A DNA stretch of 64,000 nt from Hydrolagus affinis (lineage: Eukaryota). Shown here in pieces: positions 40,027 to 50,885 of this stretch; position 1 is the stretch's first letter; each line of letters begins with the position of its first letter. A model generated the notes under the pieces. The model made no database searches. It saw only the letters and a program-made list of their open reading frames with translations, and was not told the DNA's origin. The stretch is taken from the NCBI GenBank assembly GCA_012026655.1, contig JAAILG010000176.1:62001-126000 (forward strand). Reading direction: 5' to 3'. Position numbers and translations under genes: made by a program.

Positions 40027-40387
40027 TAATAGCCAAGTAACACAACATTCAATGCTTTAGAAGGCAACAGGGCATAAAGTGTGAAACAAAAGAAAGCTAA
40101 TTAAACTTGCTCCTTTCAACAGACCATGTACAGTTTGCTCCATCATTGATTCTTTCCAATTCATCTCATCTCCTGAGGACGGGGGGAAAAAAAAATATCA
40201 CCAGTTATGTCTCTCCCTGATTGTAATAAACTGTCACCCAAGATCCTCATCAATGCTTTTCAATTTGCATTCTCTCAACCCGACAAATTGCATTCAAATG
40301 GCATTTGCATAGTCTTAACAGGTTGATTGTGCCCATAAGGATTTGATCAACACTGCTTAATTATCTCTGTAAATATTAAGCTAATGT

Positions 40388-41092
40388 ACAATAATAATCC
40401 TTGCATTTGATATAGAGCTTTTCACGTCTTCTAGGCGTCTCAAAGCGCTTCACAGAATATACTGTAAAGTGAATTGACTGAATATTTTGTGGGCAAAACA
40501 CAACAACAACAACACCAACAACTTTGATTTATATAGCGCCCTCCATGCCGGACGGCATCTCAGAGCACTTCACAATAGCGGATCCCGGGACCCAGCCAGG
40601 GGCAGGGGTAGAAAGGTGACCAAAGGCGCGGTCGAAGAGAAAGGTCTTCAGCTGGGACCTGAAACTGAGAAAAGAGGGGGCAAGACGAAGATAGTGAGGA
40701 AGGGAATTCCAGAGCCTCGGGGCATAAAGGCTGAAGGCACTGCTGCTGAGGGTGGAGCGGAGGATTTGGGGGACATGGAGGAGACCAGAACCAGTGGAGC
40801 GAAGGCAACGGGAGCTGGTTTGAGGAGAGAGGAAGTCACAGAGGTAGAGGGGTGCAGAGGAGTGGAGGGATTTGAAAACAAGGGTGAGGATCTTGAAGTC
40901 GATCCTCTCGGGGATAGGGAGCCAGTGAATTTTGGCAAGGACAGTCGTGGATTGCAATGACCAATTATTTATTATTGTTGTTTTGAGAGATTATTATCAG
41001 ACTTGCGTAGTTATGGAAACTTGCCTGGAATCCAACTCAGGTCTCATGCTTGCAAGGTAAGTCGAACCACTGAGCTACAGGGCTCGACAAGT
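40388..41092 (-). mobile_element. Deu-type SINE split by an L2 insertion (pieces 40388-40500 and 40941-41092)
   Basis: Tail half ends at …tgtgggcaaaaca; sequence resumes at acagtcgtggattg and runs to the tRNA-like head (aaccactgagctacagggctc). Confidence 0.85.
40501..40942 (-). mobile_element. L2 LINE 3' fragment with open ORF2 C-terminus
   Basis: ORF 40529-40957(-): LAKIHWLPIPERIDFKILTLVFKSLH…AFSLYAPRLWNSLP…FRSQLKTFLF; (caa)n tail at 40501-40522. Confidence 0.94.
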
Positions 41093-42377
41093 TATTCTGC
41101 CTTATTCTGATCCCGCTCACAAAGGATTTGTAACCAGGGTCATAATGCAATATGCAAAGCAAGACTCACCTCCATCAATCTCACATGTGCTCAATACAGC
41201 AAACGTATGCAGTAATTTTTGTTTGCAAAGACAGAAGCCAGTTGGCCCTTCTTGGCCACTGTTGCTTGTGTTTTATTTCTTCAAAATTACACCCTTTCTT
41301 CATTAATTCCACCTTCCAGCTGTTTTACCATATCCCTGGATGCTTTTCGCCCCCTGCTCATTTGCTTATCCAGTTTCCTTCTGAGCAATTGTATTGAACC
41401 TAATGCTGTACTTTGGCTGAAGGTGGGAGGTGAATGTCTCTTCTGAATAAATGGAAACAAATTTATGGCTTGACTTTGGTGGTTTGCTTCACTCTTGGAA
41501 GATAGCATCAATCCTCTGACATGAAGATCTAAAGCCCAATTTATTTCTATTGTGCAGAGTCACAAATAAAAGAAAAGAGAATAAAAAGGGAACTGCTAGT
41601 AAATTTAAAAAAGGAGCCACAGTTAAACCATTCCGCTGTGTATTAACTCCTGCCCTTTTAGATTAGATATGCTAGATATCTGAGTGGTGATCAAAGCCTA
41701 CAGTTAATGGGAAATGAACAAGATGAGAACTGTTCAGGCCAACCCCTGTACTAATGCCTACAATATGTGGTGGGCTCATAACTATCTGTACATCTGCAAT
41801 CTTTTCGATCTAAGCATGTTTTGCCAGTTGTACAACAATACGATCAAAATCTCATAATGTTCTGAGGCCATGCTTGAAAAAGGAAAAGTCGAGGGAACAA
41901 AAAAATTAAATCACATATTTCAATGTGGCCCGACATGTTCTTTGAAAAATCCTGCACAATGAAATGCCAAAATTTACATTTTGAATGCAAGAGGTGTTAC
42001 CAGACTGGAAGTAGTTGAAACTACAAAAAAAAAGGTTGGATGCTTGAATAATTAGCTTGTGTGTGTGTGTGTTGTGCGTGTGTGTAAAAAAAATGAACCT
42101 CAGGTTTCATTGTTCATTTGCCAGGAAGGGTTGTAACTGCTCCACAATGAAACTCCTGGCAGCCAAACATATATTTAAAAAAAAATTATTTCAGCATCCT
42201 GACACATGCCTGTCTTTTGTACCAAACAAAACACTGTAAATTCATGATATTGTGGCAACCCCCATCCTTCCTTCTGTCAGGGGCAACACTTGAGAGTTGC
42301 CAAGAGTCTACAAAGCCCTGCAGTATGACGGAGTGATACTGTAGCAGCGATGGGTGGTCACTTGAATGACAGGGCGC

Positions 42378-42495
42378 ATTCACCCACAAAAATATACAGT
42401 CAATTCACTTTATGGCGGTATATCCTGTGAAGTATTTTGAGATGCCTAAACAATGCGATAAGACGCTATATCAAATGCAAGGTCTATTATTATTA
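42378..42495 (+). mobile_element. Deu-type SINE tail fragment
   Basis: cacccacaaaaatatacagtcaattcacttt…gctatatcaaatgcaagg. Confidence 0.85.
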
Positions 42496-44028
42496 ATGAA
42501 AAAGACACTCAGCAAAAAGGGTCAGAAGGTGAATTTGTCTACAAACTGGCTTCCGTGTTCTGATAATTTTTAGTAACTGTTTGAATTTTAAAAATAAACG
42601 AGAGACACTTGTTGTCATAGACTCATATGACCAATGTTTTATCCTGTGGTCGTCAATCCATTAAATGGCATCAAATACCACGAGATAGATCTTTACTGCA
42701 CATGAATTTTATTTCCAATTTTCCACTGTCTGGCTACACAATAAATTAATTCACACAAAATCTGAAGCCAGTATTATATTGTATGAACTCTGATGAACAA
42801 TTCATGGAAACACAAATACCCAATGAAAGTCTTAAAATATCATGGGATGGAGAATTTAATAAGGCAATGGCATAAGTTAGTATGTGGACCATTTCAACTT
42901 TAATGGAAGGTTGGGTATAAATGCTTCTCCGTCAAAGTCTGCTAATCTTCACTTAGTGACCAATTCCCCAAAGTCTTGAATTTCAAACTTTATTGGGAGA
43001 TAGTTAGAGAACAGTAGGCATGTGCTTAGAATAATTTATTAGGCATTATGTAGCTGATCTAACCATTAAGCTAAAATAGCATTAAGTATAAATTAAAATC
43101 AATTGCTAAATAAGTGTTTTACACCTACTAAATTTTACTACTGTACTAAGAAGTTGAAAAAAAATCTAGAACATTGCTCTACACCTAAGCATTCAGCTAT
43201 TTATCAGCACCTTTGAAAATGGGTCAGAAAATGGGCACATTTTAAACAGCGCTTAATGTGGTTTCACCGACTTCAATAAACTTCACAGGCAAAGTAGCAC
43301 AGAGAGAGGAAAAGTAATAATACATGCCATCCATCATAGAAATCCTTAATGTCAAGATTATTCAGAAATCAAGATGTTTCACACCTCCCCAAAAAAATGT
43401 TATGCATGTAAACAGTGAATAATGGAAAGGGAAAATGTGTAACTTGAAAAAGAATCAAAATATTATTCAATGTCTAGCAATGTCATTTGAATGGCCTATT
43501 TCATCATGTTGCTTCACTGGGTGAAACAACCTCGTGATGGCCACTTGATGAAGTAACATGTCACAGCAGGGTGAAAAATAGTGGGATCGTTGACTTTGAA
43601 ATTGAAGTAATGATAGCAAGTGTGAAATCAGACCTAGAAACATATTTTGTGACCTAGGGTTAAACCTTGCAATCTCCTATCAAGCAATAGAATCCATCAA
43701 TGAAACTGAAAACAAACACATGGATTTTGCACTGAGAGTGATCAAAAGCATTATTGCTCTAAATAATAGATCAAAAGGGTTATTGCTGTATTTTCACCAA
43801 ATGCTGTGAGGCCATTTGCAACAATCAGGTAAAGTTATTGAATGTGATACAATGCTAGAATAACATGCCAGATGTAAAATAATAATAATTAATGATTAGA
43901 TGTGAAATAAAACATCCAACAATTAAATTATTAATAAATATTATTCGGTGTAACACAGTAATATTCCAGGTGTAAAATAATAAAAATAAAATCAATATAG
44001 ATATACAGTACTGTATAATGCAGATTTT

Positions 44029-44295
44029 GGAATCCTATAGCTGAGTAGATAGAGCACTCACCTCTTGCAAGCGAGAGACCTGGGTTCAATTTCAGGTTTG
44101 TCAGGGCAAAACCTTGTGCAAGTTTCCTTACTTCACACGCCTAATAATAATCCCTCAAAAAAAACAATAATAATTTGGTCATTTCAATCCACGATTGTTT
44201 GTGGGACATTGCTGTGTGCAATTGATTGCTGCATTTTGCTCACAAATGAGCTATATCAAATGTAAGGATTATTTTATTTTAATTTTTTATTATTA
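44029..44295 (+). mobile_element. Deu-type SINE with tRNA-like head, internal deletion
   Basis: tagctgagtagatagagcac…cttgcaagcgagagacctgggttcaatt…caagtttccttact…gtttgtgggacattgctgtgtgcaattg. Confidence 0.88.
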
Positions 44296-45254
44296 GTTAC
44301 AAACTGATGGGCAGCTGTGGCTCCTGACGCCTGCTGTTCAGATCACAGATTTCAATCAAGGGAATGATTCAATTGACACACACGTTTGATTTAAATGAAT
44401 CATCTGTACAATCTAACTCAATTCAATTAAATAGGTTTGATTCGAATAAAAATAATGGGAGAAAAATCACTGTTTGAACAATTAAAATGGGTTATGTGAT
44501 TACATGTCATGTCGTTAAGTGATTATTTTAACTGTCTCCAAGGGAAACAATTGTCGGGGTTTGGCTTGAAATAGATGCTGCATCCTATACAGAAACCAAA
44601 GGCATCTGCTTCTGAAAAAAAAACATTTTTTATGAAGGCATTTAATGTGTTTTCTTTGTTGGGATGGATCATGTAAATAGACTGATGCAGCAATCACATT
44701 AGGTTCTTATTTAAGTCACCGCATTAGATTTATCTGCCTTCAAAAAGCCTTCAGCTCACAGTGTATCCATCAGGTTTCACTGTAATGTAAATTCGCCACA
44801 GAAATGGATGGGATAGTGTGAGTATAACTGTTATTTTCTTCCACCGATCCGTGGGTCGTCTCCTTAAGATCCTAATTTAAAGCAAAACCTTTCTCATGCT
44901 GCATAAGAGAGTGGGCTCTGGGTGTATTGAATTCAGTGGTTCGACCTTGGAGTTCACGAAAGCCTCTCTTCAAACATTGTTGAACAACAGTACGATCGTA
45001 AGCTAATTAGAGACAATGAATTGATGGATTTGAACCTGCAGAGTGGAGCTCCGCTCACCCCTCATCATTAAGACACCCTATCCTATTGCAGAAACCATAT
45101 ACTGTGTAACACACCATTCCTTACTGCAACACATTACAATGCAACACAATACAAAATTTACATTTGTATGGTGACATTTCATGTTGGGAGGACATCCCAA
45201 GGCACTGACAGTATCTAAATATAATCATAGCAATAGGACCCAAAACACCTCGAA

Positions 45255-45444
45255 ACACTGACTATATTTTGTGGGCACAACAGTGTCCCACAAACAATCA
45301 TGGATTTAGTGACCAATTTTTATATAAGGGATTACTACTCCATATTGCTAAGGAAACTTGGCCAACGTTTCGCCCTATCGGGAATTGAACCCAGGTCTCT
45401 CACTTGCGAGGAAAGTGCTCTAACCACTGAACTACCGGACTCCA
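45255..45444 (-). mobile_element. Deu-type SINE 5' part
   Basis: tgtcccacaaacaatcatggatt…gggaattgaacccaggtctctcacttgc…ctctaaccactgaactac. Confidence 0.85.
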
Positions 45445-45699
45445 TAAAATTGAATTATTCACCCACTTTCTCTTAACACTGACCCCTTCTATCAGTGCAT
45501 CGATTGCCTCAACTGTACGACAGATTCAGAATCAGTAGAATGGTGCGAGGAGGATTGCTCAGTTCTGTGGCCTGCCTTTAACCAGGTCTGTGTTAGGCGA
45601 CTGCTGGCTCTGCATGCTCACCTGTGTACATGCTCCGATCTCTCCTTAGAGCTCATCCCTGTGCCATCGTCTGTGGCACTGTTTGAAAGAGAAAGGGAG

Positions 45700-45970
45700 G
45701 GGTGAAGGGACTTTCTCTTCTTGTCTCCCAACCAACAAATCCCCCAAATAAAATTGGTCGCTCATTCTATGGCTGTTTTGTGGGACATTGCAACTGGCTG
45801 CCCACAATTTGGGTTATGAACTAACAAAGCGTTTCGCCCACAAAAGAAGATAGTCACTCCACTTCAAATGTGTATGCCGTGAAGCGTTTTGGGACCTCGT
45901 GATGGTGTGATCGGTGCTGTATCCAACGCAATGATTATGATGGCTTTTATTATTAGCATTATTATTATTT
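45700..45970 (+). mobile_element. Older DeuSINE 3' half
   Basis: ggctgttttgtgggacattgc…gtgaagcgttttgggac…gctgtatccaacgcaa. Confidence 0.65.
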
Positions 45971-47221
45971 CCCACCTCGTTGACATTTTTACCACAAGTG
46001 AAGACTGCCAAATCTTTACGCCAATGGAGTAAGAACCCGCTGGTGCCTCCAGAAGATTGACAGGTAGATGTACAGCCGTTTTCCCTCAGTGAGATCCCAG
46101 TTTGGGAGCCACTTTGAAGCACCAGTAAACGGCTCAAACGTAAGTGTAGTTCCACCGCTGTAATATTGAACCTAAACGACTTAATGAATATTAAAACGCA
46201 ATTTCAAATGCTATATGTGTCCTGGGATTATTTCTTCTTTTGTTCTTTCTTACAGAACTGCAGACAAGACAAGACAATGAGCAGTGGGCCCACAACCGAG
46301 TAGGAGTTTGCACCTTGAAAAGTCTTTGCTGGTGCTTTCTACCTTTTGCCTTTTCTTGTCTCGTCCGATACAGTTAGATTTGCATTCCTCCCAAGAAAAC
46401 TGTATTTATCTCGCATTCAAGCATTTTCACGGAAAGAAAACAACATTTCTGGTGGTGAATTTCTTTACCCGTGAGTATTTAATATCAGGTGGTTAATCAG
46501 CCTTTAACTGGATATATAAAATAATAATAATATTATTATAATATTATTATATATTCAAAATCAGGCAGTTAATCAGCCTTTAACTGTTATGTTTCAGCAA
46601 ACGTGTGTGAGTGTGTGGGGGTGGGGTGTGTGTATGTTACTTTACCCTCTGGCCTGTTATTTTTGCAGCCCAGGTCTCTCTGCAGATTTTTAGCAGTGCA
46701 GATTTGACTCCCACCATCCTCTTGCTTGTGATCTCTGCAGTGAATTAAAAAAACATGACCCCATCTTTACTTCCAGCAGTGAAACCATCTCCAGCTTGGG
46801 ATTCACACTTCTCCAGCTGCTTTCCTGTCTTCCTGCTTACATTTTCCCTCAAGAGTCCATCATGATGGCTTTCTTTAGGGTAGTTAAGTGCTCTCGCATT
46901 AACTCATATGTGATTTTTCCACTCCAGTGAGATGTTTGAGACTGATGGTACGGGCAAGGTGTCCTCTGCTGTACTCTATAAATAAGGAACTGAGGATTTT
47001 AGAATACCCCAAAATTTAGAGTGCATCACTGCTGGCAAAGACCGATTGTTCCATAGCTAAAGGTATTATAGTTGAACTGGATTGTGAAAGCATTGGTGAA
47101 TAAATTACCTCGAAGAATATCACAAAACACCGTAAAGCTTTATTTATTTGAATGCATTAGCTTGCGGTGACGTGAGATGGTGTCATAACGCACCAGACAG
47201 TCAAGCTTGACAACTCTACTT

Positions 47222-47372
47222 AATGATAATATTAATCCGTGCATTTGATATCGCGCCTTATCACATCTTCAAGGCATCTCAAAGCGCTTGACAGAATGTA
47301 CTGTAAAGTTATTTGGTGAGGTAAATGCAGCAGGCAATTGTGCACAGCGGTGTCCCACAAACAGTCATGACA
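47222..47372 (-). mobile_element. Deu-type SINE 3' fragment
   Basis: gcatttgatatcgcgcc…ctcaaagcgctt…caattgtgcacagcggtgtcccacaaacagtcatg. Confidence 0.85.
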
Positions 47373-47484
47373 TTTTCACCTTAGTTGGTGATTTAGCAAT
47401 ATTTAGGTGCTATCTGCGGTATAGAGCAGAGAAGGGGGTGGAACCGCAAGTTGGTCGGGCGGAACTCTTGCCTTCTGTACCTCG

Positions 47485-47710
47485 CCAGATCCCAAACTAA
47501 CTGTTTGTGGAGAGACTACGCAGGTCGTGGTGGACACGAGCGCAGTCGGTCACCATCCTCTCGCTCAGAGTGATTTGGGGGAAGATCTCAGTAGGTGGGA
47601 TACAATGGCGATTAATACGTACCAATGTTTCGTAATTGACTGGCTATATTGTCTGTCTCAGTATCCTTTTATGGATTCGCCCATCTGGAAATAGAAGGTA
47701 ATTTGTAAGC
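47485..47710 (+). mobile_element. Decayed Ty3/Gypsy-like aspartic protease fragment
   Basis: Manual translation KLTVCGETTQVVVDTSA (47494-47544), 1-nt frameshift, SVTILSLRVIWGKISVGGIQWRLIRTNVS*LTGY (47546-47647); fits the retropepsin VDTGASVT pattern; locally CpG-rich. Confidence 0.6.
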
Positions 47711-49274
47711 AGACAAATGTACAGAATTAATTAACTTTCCCCTCCCACCCTAAAACGTAAAAGGTTTATTTTTAACTTGCGGCTGCATATGTATGTTCCA
47801 ATAATGATGGCTTGCTTGGCTGTCTCTTTTTTTTATTTTTGTACTGCACATTTTGTTAGCCGAGCTATTTTTAGTTGAATGCAGAACATCACGCAATATG
47901 CCCAAATGAAGTGTCCTGTTATTGATGTTTGAGTATAGCATTGCTGTCAGGTAAATAATTAATACACTCTAAAATATTAATAGATGAGAGAACGAACAAT
48001 GTTATTGCTTCTCAAAATATCACTTTAAAGGAATCATATCTCTATCTAACTATGAGCGACTGGGCTGATTCCCTTTGATTATATGACAGCTTTTGAAATA
48101 TACCTGAAATAATAGTCTGAATTTAAATACTCAAATCCAAAGATCAGTGAGTCTGATAGAAGTTAGTCCCTGATATAAGCAGATTTTTAAATATATATAT
48201 ATACCAATCCATGGCTTTTTGTTTCCTAATTGGGTTTTACAGATGGAATTCTAGTTAAAAGTAATTTTCACATCAACCCAGTACAATTGTAGAGAAGGAT
48301 TTCATTGAAGTACACTGTGTCCCCAGTCTCTACTCCTGTTAAATACAATAAAACTCAATGCTAGTTAGTAAATCCCCAAGATGACCAGCTTTGAACTTGC
48401 TTACTGGCTAAACTCTTTCCTCCTAAGAGTAACATCTTTGATGCAGCTGTTGCTGAACAGTTGTTCAAACAATTCATTACAGGACAAATGAAAGAGACCA
48501 GATAAAACTCAACCGCATCCTTTTGCTTGGTCTTGGTCATAAAACTAGAAGCAACATAAGATAAATGTGTCTTTATTATGTAGCATATTGGTTTGGTGTT
48601 TGGGATGTTACAGTATAAATCGTGCAAAGTTAACAATTGACATAAGTATTCTGCTGAAACGTGGAGTGACTGCCTTGTATCTCACTGGTAGTAGTAATAC
48701 ATTATCTATACATAAGGCATGTTGGTGAAACATGGGATTTTTTCAGACCTAATTATTTTCTTCAAATTTGAGGCCTCGGCGTTAGAAGTGGCATTTATCT
48801 GGGAAGACACACCTATTAAAATCATTAAGGTGTCTCCCTGTTGGTGAACTTTAAATGTGGGTATCCCATTCACACTGATCAGCTTTCTGTTTAGCTCAAG
48901 GTTTTTTGTATCATTTGAAGATCTTCTGCAGAGAATGTAAATTTCTTGCTGAAATGATGTTTCGACAGGTATGTAAAATACTGGTCCTTTGGGAAACAGA
49001 AACTAGAGCATAGCAGCGTGTTACAGATCAGAGGATCAAATGTACAGCCCCTGGCCTGATGTGGCCTTTCCTGTTTTTTTGTGTAGTCAAAGCAAAGATA
49101 TAAATCCTTGTCAAGAAGACTTAAATTCCCCCAGGCTAGTGGAGGGGGAGACATCGGAAATAATAGGATCACACCAATTGTTCTTATCGTCAATATGGCG
49201 TTGCATAACAAATCCATCCTCTTTAGGTTAGTATCAATCCACAAAAAAAGGAATATTAAGCATATTCATGAGAT

Positions 49275-49570
49275 GATAAACTGCAACCTTATCTGCTTGT
49301 TCAGTTGCATGTTAAAGATCCCATGGCATTGTCTGAAGAGAGAAGGCATTTTCTCCCAGTGTCTTGGACAACAATCCTGCAGGAAAACAAATCGATCACT
49401 CACTTACTTCATGGCTCCTTGTGGGGCATTGCTGTGCACAAATTGGCTTTTGCATTCACCTACAAATACACAGTCACTACACTTTACGGTAAGTCCTGTC
49501 ATGTGCTTTTAGATGTTTTGACGACGCGATACAGCTCTATGTCAATTGCAAGGTTGATTATTGTTGTTAT
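49275..49570 (+). mobile_element. Older DeuSINE, Deu domain to tail
   Basis: tctgcttgttcagttgcatgttaaagatcccatggca…tgtggggcattgctgtgcacaaattggct…caaatacacagtcactacacttt. Confidence 0.85.
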
Positions 49571-49799
49571 CCGTATTTCTTTCAGTTGAGATAGACATCC
49601 GTACCAATTCAAAAGAGAGGGGATTTCTCCCCAAATCATGACCAACAATCCCTTCGGAATAATTGGTCATTTGTTTCATGGTTGTTCATGGGGCATTACA
49701 GCAGGCAAAATCACTTCTGTGTTTTACCTACAAAAAAAGATTTGCTGCATCTGATAGGAGCTACTGTGAAGCTCTTTAAGTCGTTTCAATACCAAGGAG

Positions 49800-50035
49800 T
49801 GGGTGAAACTTTGGGCAAATTTCTTTACTCCACACGCCTGATAATAATCCCTCAAAAAAAATTGGTCATTTTAATCCACGACTGTTTGTTGCATACTGAC
49901 TGCTCTGCTCAATTAGCTGCTGCGTTTTGCGAACAAAATATACAGTGCAGACAATTCACTTTGCTGTATATTCTGTGAAGCGCTTTGAGATGTCTAGAAG
50001 ATGTGAAAAGCGTTATATTAAATGCCAGCGTTATT
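49800..50035 (+). mobile_element. Deu-type SINE, head truncated
   Basis: gggtgaaactttgggcaaatttctttactccacacgcc…gtgaagcgctttgagatgtctagaagatgtgaaaagcg. Confidence 0.88.
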
Positions 50036-50779
50036 TGATTCATCCTTTCTTTATTTATCTATCAGTTTGCTTCACCTACCCCAGAGTCTTGACCATTGTT
50101 TTGTGAAATGAACTTCATGCGCTCTGCCTCACTCCAAGCCCAACGCAATCGTATTCCAGCACTTTGTTTCAGCTATGAGAAAAACCATGGAGGAAAAATG
50201 TCCATCATCAACCCCCCCACCCCCCCACCACCCCTTCCACTCCTCCCCTCTCCTACTTTCCTTTGACTGAAGCCTGGATTCGGCCCAAGATCTAAGTGGA
50301 AAGAAATTTCGAGGGCAGGTAAAAAAAGAATTGACATTGACCGAACTTGCTATGGGTTCAGCAAGCACCACCATTAACAGCAGAGTGTGATCAAAAGCAA
50401 TGGGTCACCGAGCCTGCCTTTGTGTCCTCATTTTTCCTGCAGCTTTCTCCATCAAACACAAAGCTGGCAGAGTAACATTCATCAAACTTACATTTCCCTC
50501 TCAGATGGATGCAATGTGCTTTTTTTTCGTCCTCCAACGTGACCCAATTGCATGCCGAATTCCATGCCTTATTATAAGTTTGGGTGAGTGTTTTGTGATT
50601 GGCGTCGAATCGCGCTTCCGTGCTCTGCAGCTCTCACCGTGAGTTTCAATTTATACCGTCCACGCTGATGGCAGAAAATCAAGTTGCCACAAAAATAACC
50701 GCATTTACATTACGGCTGGCTCCTGAAAACGTTCTGCTGTTCTGCTCAGAGGGAGGCTGGAAAATTCACACAAATACTA

Positions 50780-50885
50780 ATAAAATTAATCCTTGCATTT
50801 GATTTAGCACTTTTCATGTCTTCTAGATGTCTCAAAGTGCTTCACAGAATATACTGTAAGGTATACAGTATTTTGTGGGTGAAAG
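50780..50885 (-). mobile_element. Deu-type SINE tail fragment
   Basis: atccttgcatttgatttagcac…ctcaaagtgcttcacagaatatactgtaa. Confidence 0.85.

Noticed and set aside
40487-40960. 157-aa plus-strand ORF and overlapping ORFs as a host gene
   Set aside because: Antisense or alternate frames of the L2 fragment.
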